A stretch of 64,000 bases of DNA, taken from contig JAJECS010000030.1 in assembly GCA_022821905.1 (NCBI GenBank), positions 8,586 to 72,585 on the forward strand, read 5' to 3'. The position numbers and the translations under genes were made by a program. The first letter of the stretch is position 1. Every line of letters starts with the position of its first letter. The notes beneath the pieces are model-generated. The model did no database searches, was not told the DNA's origin, and saw only the letters and a program-made list of their open reading frames with translations. The stretch is from Chloroflexota bacterium. GTDB taxonomy: Bacteria; Chloroflexota; UBA11872. This document shows, piece by piece, positions 19,217 to 28,585 of this stretch.

Positions 19217-20698
19217 GTGGTCATCGCCGCCCTGTACGTCCGCACACTCGACAACTACTTCCAATCCGACGACTTCGACTGGCTGTATACGTATGGCGCG
19301 CGTGCAGCGGCGGCAGGGACGGTGCAGGCGGTGCTGGCCCCGCCCGACCCGGCCTTGGTCGATCCGGCGGATCCCTTCACGTGGAATTACCGGCCCACTA
19401 CTGCCTTGCTCGTCAACGGGCTGTTCCGCCTGTTCGGGGTTGGTGCGCCGGCTGGGTATCACGCGATTCTGATTGCGGGACGCCTGGTGGCGTCGGCGCT
19501 GGCAGGCATGCTGGCGGGCCGCCTCACAGGCCGTGCCTGGATCGGCGCGGCTGTGGTGGCGGTGTTCGGGCTCCACTTCGCGCATGTCGAGACGGTGGCG
19601 TGGTTCGGCTCGATCGCTGAAGTCGTCGCCGGCGTGCTGGGGCTCGCGGCGGTGCTTGCGTTTCTGCACTACCGAGAATCAGGCCGTGCGCGCTGGGCGT
19701 GGACCGCAATTGTGATGTACGGCTTAGCGCTGGGCGCCAACCCCACGGCAGCGCCGATTATCGGAGTCTTTGTGCTGCTGGACCTTTGGCGGTCCGCTCG
19801 CGGAGCCGGACGCCGCTGGAATGCGCATTGGGTCTACTTGCCACTACTAGCGCTAGCGGGCGCGTACCTCGCCATAGAGGCGGCCGCTCTGAGTGTGGCG
19901 GCCGGGAGCGGCGGCTATGGGTATAGCCTCGGTTCGCATGTGCTGCTGAATGCGCTCTGGTACCCCGCAGTTCTTGTTGCCCCCTTCACTGAGCCAGAAC
20001 TGTTCGATGTGCACCGCGCACTGCTTGCCGCAGTCGATGGAAGCGGGTCACTCGCCGACCTCGCGGTGACAGCGAGATTTGCGCCGGTGCTTGTCGCACA
20101 CGTCGCAGTCATCGGCGCGGCTGGCTGGATTGCGGTTCGCGGTCCGGGATGGGCCCGCGTGGCTGTTGCCGCCGCGCTCTGCCTCGAAGCGCCCTTTGTC
20201 CTGCTCGGTGGAACGATGTTCCACTTTGCCTATCTGCCGGCAGCCTTTGTTCTGACCTTAGGCGTCGCCGCCCTGATGGTCAGTTCCCACGCGATGGCCA
20301 GGATGCTGCCGTGGTCCCGGGCGGTTGGTGCGGCGCCGGTGCTTGTTGCTGCAGGTCTCCTGGCCTGGCAGACGCATGGCCGCCTCGACGACTGGGAGTT
20401 TGCCGCCGGCCTCAGCCATCGACTGGTCCAGAGCGCTCACGCGGAGCTGGGCGACATACCCACGGGATCGACCGTAATTGCCGGGGGCCTGCCCAACACG
20501 GTCAACGGCGCCTATGTGTTTCGCGAAGGATTTCCGGCAGCGCTCAAAGTGACATACGGCCGCTCTGACTTTGAGGTTCAGACGTTTAGCCCGCCGGTCG
20601 TCATGCGCTTGATGTCGGAGTCGGACGCTAGCGACAGGCGTTATTTCCTGACCTATGAACCGTCAGCCATGGCCCTTCAGCGTGCAACCCACCGCTAG
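19217..20698 (+). CDS. Polytopic integral membrane protein, possibly a GT-C fold (ArnT/PMT/GT39-87-like) glycosyltransferase
   Basis: 493 aa with 10-12 predicted transmembrane helices and loop motifs such as HFAHVETVAWFG; GTG start; lies between two tRNA-Phe copies. Confidence 0.45.
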   Translation: MVIAALYVRTLDNYFQSDDFDWLYTYGARAAAAGTVQAVLAPPDPALVDPADPFTWNYRPTTALLVNGLFRLFGVGAPAGYHAILIAGRLVASALAGMLAGRLTGRAWIGAAVVAVFGLHFAHVETVAWFGSIAEVVAGVLGLAAVLAFLHYRESGRARWAWTAIVMYGLALGANPTAAPIIGVFVLLDLWRSARGAGRRWNAHWVYLPLLALAGAYLAIEAAALSVAAGSGGYGYSLGSHVLLNALWYPAVLVAPFTEPELFDVHRALLAAVDGSGSLADLAVTARFAPVLVAHVAVIGAAGWIAVRGPGWARVAVAAALCLEAPFVLLGGTMFHFAYLPAAFVLTLGVAALMVSSHAMARMLPWSRAVGAAPVLVAAGLLAWQTHGRLDDWEFAAGLSHRLVQSAHAELGDIPTGSTVIAGGLPNTVNGAYVFREGFPAALKVTYGRSDFEVQTFSPPVVMRLMSESDASDRRYFLTYEPSAMALQRATHR

Positions 20699-20883
20699 CG
20701 AACAACGTCGTCGGCCATGGCAGGTGACTCATCCGATCCCGGACCTGAACACCGTGCCAACCGGCCCGGCCGCGAATTTGAGGATGGGTAGCGGCCGACG
20801 ACGCAATCTCCATCCCGAGAGTCCGTAGCACGGGACAAGCCAGCCCACCGGCGTCGCCGATTCCGGCCACGGACCGAGCGCAT

Positions 20884-20956
20884 GGCGAGATTGCTCAGTC
20901 GGTCGAGCAGTGGACTGAAAATCCATGTGTCGCCAGTTCGATTCTGGCTCTCGCCA
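20884..20956 (+). tRNA. Second tRNA-Phe (GAA) copy with 2 substitutions (T9, C21) and no encoded CCA
   Basis: Identical to the 18793 copy except A9>T and A21>C; the 7 nt upstream (GCGCATG) are also shared; it may be a functional variant or a decaying duplicate. Confidence 0.7.
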
Positions 20957-21122
20957 CCTGGAACAACGCGTTTGCCCATCGCGCCCGGGGCGTGTGGGGA
21001 AGGGCCGCGCCACGTGGACGCATCGAAAGCCTGGATTCCGGCCGTCGGAGACCCCTGCAGAATCCAGCCGGGCTTGGGGATGACCGGGCGATTCCTGTCC
21101 GCCCCTAGGTTCAGTGAAGGGT

Positions 21123-21148
21123 GGATTCCCGCCTTCGCGGGAATGACG
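21123..21148. repeat. Copy of the GGATTCCCGCCTTCGCGGGAATGACG dispersed repeat
   Basis: Exact motif; intergenic, between the second tRNA-Phe and the cyclophilin gene. Confidence 0.75.
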
Positions 21149-21224
21149 AAGGGTTACGCACAGGTCCGTCCATCGCGGGAGTGCCGCGCCAGATGGTCGA
21201 CTCGCCGACCCCGAACCGGCGGTC

Positions 21225-21869
21225 TTAGCAGCCGCTGTAGATGGTCATGCTGGGGAGGCACCCGAAGTTGATCTGCACGGTCTGCACCGTGACCTCCTCC
21301 AGCGGCGCCGAGTCTCCACCAAGGGCGACGCCGCCAATCTTGTCCAGCGTCGTCTGCGACGGCGTGTGGTTCTCCTTGACGCGCGCGAAGATTGTGGCGT
21401 TCGCCGGCAATTCGTCTTCCGACACGTCGCTGAGCAGAATGTAGAACCGCGACCCATTGGAGTTCGGCGCGCCCGAGTTCGCCATCACCAAATCGCCGCG
21501 CCGGTAGGGCTGCTGCGGCGGCTCGATCTCGAACGTATAGCCGGGGTCACCGGTACCGGTGCCGGTGGGATCGCCGGTCTCGACGAGCACGCCGGGGACC
21601 ACGCGGTGCACCGTCATGCCGTCGTAATAGCCCTCCTGGGCCAGAAACAGGAAGCTGTTCACCGCCCGAGGCGCCTCCTGCGGCACGAGGTTGAAGGTCA
21701 TGCGCCCGAGGCTGGTGGTGAACACGGCGCTGTAGGGTCGAAGCTCCTCAACCGTCATCTCGGGCTCGGCCGCGAACGTCGGCGGACCCTCGGGTTCCGG
21801 CTCGCCACACGCGGCCACCGCAACCGCGGCGATCGCCACGACCAACGCAATCACGATTGCTCGCCACAT
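21225..21869 (-). CDS. Cyclophilin-type peptidyl-prolyl cis-trans isomerase, lipoprotein
   Basis: Cyclophilin core (FHRVVPGVLVETGDP...MANSGAPNSNGSRFYI) with a signal peptide and lipobox (AVAACGEP); a paralog (about 60% identity) of the tandem pair at 36126-37660. Confidence 0.8.
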   Translation of the reverse strand: MWRAIVIALVVAIAAVAVAACGEPEPEGPPTFAAEPEMTVEELRPYSAVFTTSLGRMTFNLVPQEAPRAVNSFLFLAQEGYYDGMTVHRVVPGVLVETGDPTGTGTGDPGYTFEIEPPQQPYRRGDLVMANSGAPNSNGSRFYILLSDVSEDELPANATIFARVKENHTPSQTTLDKIGGVALGGDSAPLEEVTVQTVQINFGCLPSMTIYSGC

Positions 21870-22022
21870 GGCCCGAAGCTCCGAATCCAACCGTCGACTC
21901 ACCCTCTATTTTGCCGCGTTGGCCGCTCTATCGCCATGCAAGGCCCGCTGAGTTGTCCGAGGGGTCGCATGCGCTACGGTTTGGGGCCGTGCCGGTCACG
22001 CCGCTTGGCGTGAGGGGACCTC

Positions 22023-22787
22023 GTGAGCGTCGACATCGACGAATGCGTCGCCGACATCCTGGACGTCGGGCACTGCGTCGTGCCGAATCACTTTCCCAAG
22101 GCGGCGATCGACGCCTTTCACGAGGGATTCCTGCCGCTGCTGGCGAAAGTCGCCTCCCGCATTCCCGAGGGAAACCGGCGGGCAAACCGCTGGGCCATCG
22201 GCCTGCCCTTCGCCCCGCCGTACTATCAGTCCGCGTTCTTCGGCGACGACACGGTCAACGAAATCGTTGGCCGCATCCTGGGCGAAAACATGTTCATCGC
22301 CTACTACGGCACGGACACACCGGTCGCGGGATCGGAGGACCAGCAGGTGCACTCGGACATTCGCCCGCTGTTTCCCGAGCAGCCGGACCTGCGCTATCCG
22401 CCGCCTACGCTCTCGGTGCGGTTCACGAGCGTGGACATGACTCTCGAAAATGGGCCCTACAGCACGTCCGAACGCACGCAGCACCTCACCCGGGACGAGG
22501 CGCGGGCGAAGCTGGCCGCCGGGGAGATCGAGCTCGCGCCGTTGCTGCTCCGGGCGGGCGACGTGCTCATCAGCGATGCCCGCACGCTGCACCGGGGCAC
22601 GGCGAATCGCACGAACGCGCCGCGTCCCTTCGCGGTGATCGTCTACAACCGCGACTGGTACCACCTGGAGAGCGAGTTTCGGCTGGAGGCCAACGAGGAG
22701 ACGCCGATGCTGCTGGAGTCCTTCTACTGGACGCTGCCGACGGCCGAGCAGCAGCTCCTCAGGCGAGTGCCAAGGACGGATGGCTGA
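22023..22787 (+). CDS. Phytanoyl-CoA dioxygenase (PhyH) family Fe(II)/2-oxoglutarate-dependent oxygenase
   Basis: An HSD...H(RG) facial-triad pattern (QQVHSDIRP...TLHRGTAN) in a PhyH-like fold. Confidence 0.65.
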   Translation: MSVDIDECVADILDVGHCVVPNHFPKAAIDAFHEGFLPLLAKVASRIPEGNRRANRWAIGLPFAPPYYQSAFFGDDTVNEIVGRILGENMFIAYYGTDTPVAGSEDQQVHSDIRPLFPEQPDLRYPPPTLSVRFTSVDMTLENGPYSTSERTQHLTRDEARAKLAAGEIELAPLLLRAGDVLISDARTLHRGTANRTNAPRPFAVIVYNRDWYHLESEFRLEANEETPMLLESFYWTLPTAEQQLLRRVPRTDG

Positions 22788-23334
22788 GGGAAAGCGCCCG
22801 ATAGTTCGAGTGCCGGCGGAGACTCGCCTCGTCGTCGTTCCCTACGATCCGGAATGGCCGGCCATGTACGAGCGCGAACGGGCAGAGATTGCCGCGTGCA
22901 TCGATCAGCACATCCTGCGCATCGAGCACGCGGGGAGCACCTCGATCCCCGGCATGGCCGGCAAGCCAACGATCGACATCCTGGTGGGTGTCCAGGATTG
23001 GGACGCGGCGAGGGTCACCTTGGGGCCGCTGGCCGAGATCGGATGGGAGTTTCGCGGCGAGCGCGGCATGCCCCGCCGCCACTTGTTTCGCCGGCTCAAT
23101 GCCCGGGGCCGCCGCACGCACCAGCTGCACATGCTGGAGGTGACCCACCCGGCATGGGACGCGATGCTGCTCTTTCGCGATCATTTGCGCAGCCATTCGG
23201 ATGTTGCGGCGCAGTACCAGCGGCTCAAGCTCGACCTGGCGCGGCGGTTTCCCGACAGCCGGGGCGAGTACACGGCGGGGAAAGAAGCGTTTGTGCGGGG
23301 AGTGCTGGCGCAGGCGCGGCGAGCGCGAATCTGA
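22780..23334 (+). CDS. GrpB-family protein (UPF0157, minimal nucleotidyltransferase-like fold)
   Basis: VVVPYDPEWPAMYERERAEI...HAGSTSIPGMAGKPTIDILVGV is the GrpB signature; overlaps the upstream gene by 8 nt, suggesting co-transcription. Confidence 0.7.
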   Translation: MAEGKRPIVRVPAETRLVVVPYDPEWPAMYERERAEIAACIDQHILRIEHAGSTSIPGMAGKPTIDILVGVQDWDAARVTLGPLAEIGWEFRGERGMPRRHLFRRLNARGRRTHQLHMLEVTHPAWDAMLLFRDHLRSHSDVAAQYQRLKLDLARRFPDSRGEYTAGKEAFVRGVLAQARRARI

Positions 23335-23406
23335 ACGGGCGATTCGTCGGGCCACCCTGTCGATAGACTTGAGGCCGTGCGATCGCGTGAATGACGGGCC
23401 GGCACC

Positions 23407-24255
23407 ATGACGCTTTCCGACCAACAATTGGCGTTCTTCGAGACCTTCGGCTACCTGACCTTTCCGGGAGCCTTCGCCGACGAAGCCGAGAGGATCGCCG
23501 ACGAGTTCGAGCGGGTGTGGGCGGATCATGGCGGCGGCCACAACCGTCAGGCGCACGACCATGAACGCCGCTCAGCCCTGGTGCCGTTCATCGACCAGAA
23601 CGAGTATCTGAGCGCGCTGCTGGACGATCCGCGCGTGGACGGCGTCGTCAGCGCGCTGCTCGGAGACGACTACAACTACACCGGGAGCGACGGCAACTTC
23701 TACGTGGGCGACACGCGCTGGCACTCCGACGGCTTCGCCCGATCGAAATACCGCTCCATCAAGATCGCGTTCTACCTGGACCCGGTCACGCGAGACTCGG
23801 GATGCCTGCGGGTGATTCCCGGCAGCCATCATCGCGGCGACGACTATGCCGAGTCGCTGCAGCGGATCATGCCAAGCAGCCGGTCGGCGTCGGTCCAGGA
23901 GCGACTGGGCATCGACGGTCGCGACGTGCCCGACCTGGCCCTGGAATCGCAACCGGGCGACATGGTGCTGTTCATTCACGACCTGAAGCACGCGTCGTTC
24001 GGGGGCGGAACCCGGCGGCGCATGTTCACCATCAATATGTCCGAGCGCTTCCGTGACGACGACATCGATGAGCTGCGCGAGGACGTCGCGACCCTCGTCA
24101 GGTTCTGGGCCGAGCGGGCGTACGGCGACGTGATGATCCGCACGGCCGGCCCGCGCCGAATGCGGCACCTGGAGCAACGGCTCGCTAACGACGATCACTT
24201 GCCTGAACTGGTCCGCCAGGCGCGCCAGGAGATGATCGAGCCGTCGCGCAGCTAG
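23407..24255 (+). CDS. Second PhyH-family Fe(II)/2OG dioxygenase
   Basis: PhyH-like: ...GDTRWHSDGF... and a downstream His in LKHASFGG. Confidence 0.65.
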   Translation: MTLSDQQLAFFETFGYLTFPGAFADEAERIADEFERVWADHGGGHNRQAHDHERRSALVPFIDQNEYLSALLDDPRVDGVVSALLGDDYNYTGSDGNFYVGDTRWHSDGFARSKYRSIKIAFYLDPVTRDSGCLRVIPGSHHRGDDYAESLQRIMPSSRSASVQERLGIDGRDVPDLALESQPGDMVLFIHDLKHASFGGGTRRRMFTINMSERFRDDDIDELREDVATLVRFWAERAYGDVMIRTAGPRRMRHLEQRLANDDHLPELVRQARQEMIEPSRS

Positions 24256-24351
24256 CCCGCTGCTCGCCCGTCCAACGGTCGGAGGCAGTTGTCGCGGCGT
24301 GCCGCTAGGCTGTGACCATGGCCTCAGCGACAAGCCCGCAATGGTGAAGCA

Positions 24352-25647
24352 ATGACAAAGACGATCCCCGGCGACCACCAATGCTTCAGCGAGGACTGGC
24401 GGCGCACCGACCCTGACCTGGTGCTCTATCTGCCCAAGGAGCCCTCGTACTGGATCGAGGCGGTGGATCACGTGTTGGTGGACGTCACGCCGGGCGGCGA
24501 CCTGCTGGCGATCTTCGCGCTGGCCAGCCAGCCGCACGGGGCGGACTACCGCGTCGCCTACTCACGCAGCGCGGACGGCGGCCGGACGTGGTCGCCGGTG
24601 GGCATCATCGACGGCCCTGGCGACAAGCCGGGACAGGTGAGCGCGTTCGGGTTCCCCATCATCAGCCGGCAGGGTCGTATCTACTGCTACTACAACCACG
24701 GCCGGGCCATCGGCGACAGCTATCAGACCAGCTTCCTGCGCTGCAAGTACTCCGACGACGACGGCCGAACCTGGATCGACGGGGAGGTCGTGATTCCCTA
24801 CCGCTCCAGCGCCAACGACCACCCGGACCGCTCCATCGGCGCCAACTGCGTGGTCTGGCAAAAGCCCATCCGCGACGCGCGGGACCGTCCCATCATCGGC
24901 TTCACTCGCTGGACGAACTCGTACGTCAAGACGGCGCGGCGCGAGGACGACTTCACCATGTCCCGCCGCGACAGCCAGGCCGAGTTCATGCGATTCGAGA
25001 ACATCGACGAGTCACCGCATCCGCGTGACGTTCGGATCACCTGGCTGCAGGACGACGACACGGCCATTCGGGTGCCCGTGCCCTACGAGCCCGAGGCCTC
25101 GCGCAACTATTCCTATTGCGAGGAGCCGAGCGCGGTGCTGCTGCCGGACGGCCGGCTCTTCACGGTGGCGCGCACGGCGACGGGTCAGATCTGGTACACG
25201 GTTTCGACCGACGACGGCGTCACCTGGCGCACGACGGAACCGCTGCGCAACCGGGACGACGGGTCGCCCATGCTCAATCCCGTATCCCCGTGTCCGATCT
25301 TCGCGCTGGACGACGGACGGTTCTTGCTCATGTTGCAGAACCATGACGGCCACGGTTACGGCGGGCGCGGCCCCCGCGACTTTCATGCGCGGCGCCCGCA
25401 GTTCGTCGCCGTGGGTGAGTATCGACCCAACGCCCACCAGCCGATCTGGTTCAGCCAGCCGCAACTGCTGTTCGACACCCAGAACATCGGAGTGTTTCCG
25501 TTCTATATGAAGTGGCTGTCGATGTACGCCAGCGTCACCGAGCACCAGGGCGAGCGCATCCTGTGGTACGCCGACCGCAAGATCTTCGGCCTGGGCCGCT
25601 ACATTACGGATGAGCTGCTGGCGCCCATGGAGGCGCCGTCCGCCTAG
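24352..25647 (+). CDS. BNR/Asp-box repeat protein (sialidase/exo-alpha-sialidase-like beta-propeller), cytoplasmic
   Basis: At least three SxDxGxTW Asp-box motifs (SADGGRTW, SDDDGRTW, STDDGVTW); no signal peptide. Confidence 0.6.
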   Translation: MTKTIPGDHQCFSEDWRRTDPDLVLYLPKEPSYWIEAVDHVLVDVTPGGDLLAIFALASQPHGADYRVAYSRSADGGRTWSPVGIIDGPGDKPGQVSAFGFPIISRQGRIYCYYNHGRAIGDSYQTSFLRCKYSDDDGRTWIDGEVVIPYRSSANDHPDRSIGANCVVWQKPIRDARDRPIIGFTRWTNSYVKTARREDDFTMSRRDSQAEFMRFENIDESPHPRDVRITWLQDDDTAIRVPVPYEPEASRNYSYCEEPSAVLLPDGRLFTVARTATGQIWYTVSTDDGVTWRTTEPLRNRDDGSPMLNPVSPCPIFALDDGRFLLMLQNHDGHGYGGRGPRDFHARRPQFVAVGEYRPNAHQPIWFSQPQLLFDTQNIGVFPFYMKWLSMYASVTEHQGERILWYADRKIFGLGRYITDELLAPMEAPSA

Positions 25648-25731
25648 CGGCCTCGCCGCCAGGGCCGCTGCTACGATTGCCGCCCAACGTCCCGCAGGTT
25701 GTGCGGGTCTTCCCGAGATCGAGACGGCTCC

Positions 25732-26586
25732 ATGGCGATTGAGGTCAGTCCGATTTCGCCCGCCCTGGGCGCCGAGATCACGGGCGCCGATTTGACGCAG
25801 CCGGACGACGACGAGCAGTTCGAGATCATTCACCAGGCGCTGCTGGACCACAACGTGGTCGTCATCCGCGATCAGCAAATCTCGCCGGCGGACCACGCGG
25901 CGTTCAGCGGACGGTTCGGCGTGCTCGAGCTCCACGTGCTGAACCAGTTCCTTTTACCCGAGCAGCCCGAGGTCCTGGTGCTTTCCAACAAGCAGGTGAA
26001 CGGCGTGCCCGTCGGGCTGCAAGACGCGGGCCGCGAGTGGCATAGCGACCTCTCCTATATGAGACTCCCCTCGCTGGGCTCGCTGCTCTACGCGCTGGAG
26101 ATCCCGCCGACCGGCGGCGACACGCTCTACGCCAACCTCTATTCGGCCTACGAGGCGTTGTCGCCGGAAATGAAGGAACGAATCGACGGGCTCCGCCTCC
26201 GGCACTCCTACGCCGACTTCATCAATCGCCGGTTTCAGGAATCCGCGATGGAGCGGCCCACCCTCACCGCGGAGCAGGCGGCCAAGGTGCCCACGGCCGT
26301 ACATCCGCTGGTGCGCACGCATCCTGAGACCGGTCGCAAGGCGCTGTACGTGAGCCCGTCGCTCGTGGCCGGAATCGACGGCATGGACGACGCCGAGGGC
26401 GCGGCGCTGCTGCAAGAGCTCAACGACCACGCCACGCAGCCCGAGTTCGTCTACCGGCACGTGTGGCAGCTCCACGACATCGTGTTCTGGGACAACCGCT
26501 GCACGCTGCACCAGGCCACCGGATTCGACCCGAAATACACGCGCCACATGCACCGCACCACCATCCAGGGCGATTTGCCGGTCTGA
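25732..26586 (+). CDS. TauD/TfdA-family Fe(II)/2-oxoglutarate-dependent dioxygenase
   Basis: WHSDLSY (HxD) and a C-terminal His (HRTT) in a TauD-like fold; the ATG at 25732 (MAIEV) is preferred. Confidence 0.75.
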   Translation: MAIEVSPISPALGAEITGADLTQPDDDEQFEIIHQALLDHNVVVIRDQQISPADHAAFSGRFGVLELHVLNQFLLPEQPEVLVLSNKQVNGVPVGLQDAGREWHSDLSYMRLPSLGSLLYALEIPPTGGDTLYANLYSAYEALSPEMKERIDGLRLRHSYADFINRRFQESAMERPTLTAEQAAKVPTAVHPLVRTHPETGRKALYVSPSLVAGIDGMDDAEGAALLQELNDHATQPEFVYRHVWQLHDIVFWDNRCTLHQATGFDPKYTRHMHRTTIQGDLPV

Positions 26587-26587
26587 A

Positions 26588-28324
26588 CTAGCGCGTTGGA
26601 TCCACCGCCGACCCACCCGCCTGGGCGCGGCGCAAACCGGCGAACCGGCCACCGGCTTGAAGCAGCGCGTCCGGCGTTCCCTGCTCGAGCACCCGGCCGC
26701 GGTCCATCACGACGATCCGATCCGCGCCGATCACCGTTTCGATCCGGTGGGTGACCACAATCAGGCTTCGGCCACGTCTCGACGATGCCAGGGCGTCTCG
26801 CAGCGCTTGCTCGGTGACCACGTCCAACGAGGCCGTGGCTTCGTCGAGAATCAGCAGGCGCGGGTCTCTCAGCAGCGCGCGGGCGATGGCGATGCGCTGC
26901 CGCTCGCCGGCCGAAATCTGGTGACCCTGCTCGCCAACGGTGGTTTCGAGTCCGTGCGGAAGCCTGGCAATGAATTCGTCAAGCTGCGCATCCCGCAGCG
27001 CCTGCTCCAACTCGTCGGCACCAGCCTCCCCGGTTGGATAGCGGATGTTGTCGGCGATGGTCGCATCCCACAGCTTGGGCTCCTGGGGCACGTAGCCGAC
27101 TTGCCGGCGCAGCCACGAGAGGTCGAGCTCGCGCGTGTCGATGCCGTCGACATGCACCGATCCCGCGTGCGGCGCATAGAGGCCGATCATCAAATCCAGC
27201 AGCGTCGACTTGCCGCTGCCGGTTTCCCCCACGATGCCGAGGAATTCGCCCGGCCGGACCGAGAACGAGACATCGAAGACGCCCGCGTCTTCACGCGCAT
27301 AGCGAAAGGTGGCCTCTCGAAACTCGATCCGAGATCCCGAATCAGCCGCCGGTAGCCGCGGTGCTGTCAGGCCGCCAACTCGCTCCGGAGCCAGGCGGAA
27401 CAGGGCGTCCACGCGCTCATACTCCGCTTCAATCCGCGCCCGGTTGGCTTGCAGGGTCAGGAGACTCTGCACGGAGACGTAGATCCGCGGCACGAGCGCC
27501 ACGGCCGCGATCAGCCCACCGAGCGACAGATGTCCCCCCGCAATGAGGACGGCGCCAACCCCGAATACCGCCGCCGTCACCAGCGCCTGGGCCGCCGGAC
27601 CGACGTGAGCGATCAGCAGATCGTGCAGGACGACGGTCTTGACCTTGGCGCGCCAATGATCGTCAAGCCATTGAAGCCATCGCCGTCGCTCGTGCGCCGT
27701 GGCGTCGAACACCCGGACAACGCGAATGCCCGCAAGCACCTCCTGCAGGAATCCTTGGCCGCGTTCGAGGTGCCGCAAGAGCCGTCGCTCGAGTTGCGTC
27801 GCCGGCGGCCCAAGGCGGCCGACGCCCAGCGTCAGGGCTGGCACGGCCACCAGCGCCAAGAGTCCCAGCGGCCAGGCAACCACCAGCATGGCCGCCATCG
27901 CAGCGACCAGAACCAGAGCGTGCGAAACGGAAGGAAGCAGCGACACCGTGACGTACCACTCACCGATTCGCCCACAGGATCGGGTGATTCGAAACACCAG
28001 TTGAGGAGAGGGGATCTGCTCAAGCTCCACGAGTTGGGCAGCGGTGACGCAATCGAACGCTCGGTTGCGGAGGCGTCGCGATACCGCTTCGCCAATCGAG
28101 AACCGCATGTAGCTCTCGCTCGACGAGAGGAGGAGTTGCACAAGAGCCGCTCCGGCCATCCCGCCGGCGAGGGCCGCCGCCAGCCCGAGGTCACCGCCGG
28201 GGAGGGCGTGATCGACGAGAGCGCCAACCAGCAGAGCCGGAACAGTGCCGACGGCCGCGCCAGCCAGCATCAGCCCGACCGTCAGTGCAATGGTTCGCCA
28301 ACGACGACGAAGCTCCTGCCGCAC
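26588..28324 (-). CDS. ABC exporter, fused transmembrane and ATP-binding domains (MsbA/type I exporter-like)
   Basis: An N-terminal 6-TM domain; the NBD has Walker A GETGSGKST, signature ISAGERQRIAIARAL and Walker B LLILDEATASLD. Confidence 0.85.
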   Translation of the reverse strand: MRQELRRRWRTIALTVGLMLAGAAVGTVPALLVGALVDHALPGGDLGLAAALAGGMAGAALVQLLLSSSESYMRFSIGEAVSRRLRNRAFDCVTAAQLVELEQIPSPQLVFRITRSCGRIGEWYVTVSLLPSVSHALVLVAAMAAMLVVAWPLGLLALVAVPALTLGVGRLGPPATQLERRLLRHLERGQGFLQEVLAGIRVVRVFDATAHERRRWLQWLDDHWRAKVKTVVLHDLLIAHVGPAAQALVTAAVFGVGAVLIAGGHLSLGGLIAAVALVPRIYVSVQSLLTLQANRARIEAEYERVDALFRLAPERVGGLTAPRLPAADSGSRIEFREATFRYAREDAGVFDVSFSVRPGEFLGIVGETGSGKSTLLDLMIGLYAPHAGSVHVDGIDTRELDLSWLRRQVGYVPQEPKLWDATIADNIRYPTGEAGADELEQALRDAQLDEFIARLPHGLETTVGEQGHQISAGERQRIAIARALLRDPRLLILDEATASLDVVTEQALRDALASSRRGRSLIVVTHRIETVIGADRIVVMDRGRVLEQGTPDALLQAGGRFAGLRRAQAGGSAVDPTR

Positions 28325-28585
28325 GATGGCGGCCGACTCCGATGCTCTGGGAGCTTCTGGCTTGGTGGCGATTTCGGGTGAAGGAATCCGGGGCGCCGGA
28401 ACCTCACGAGTTTGGAGGCAATCGCCGCCGCCGTCAGTGCCGATTCCCGCCGAGAATCCGAAAAATCAGGGTTATAATGAAGTGCGGAAAAAGAGCGGTC
28501 GCCTTCCGCGCGCCAACCACCTTCTCGATCCGAGCGCGGTCGTCGCGGCAATGTTGCCAAACACGAAACACCCAGCGAGGGCGCC

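Noticed and set aside
18869-20883. A genomic island integrated at tRNA-Phe
   Set aside because: Only about 2 kb with a single gene and no integrase, excisionase or direct att repeats beyond the tRNA itself; kept as a finding about tRNA duplication rather than a mobile-element call
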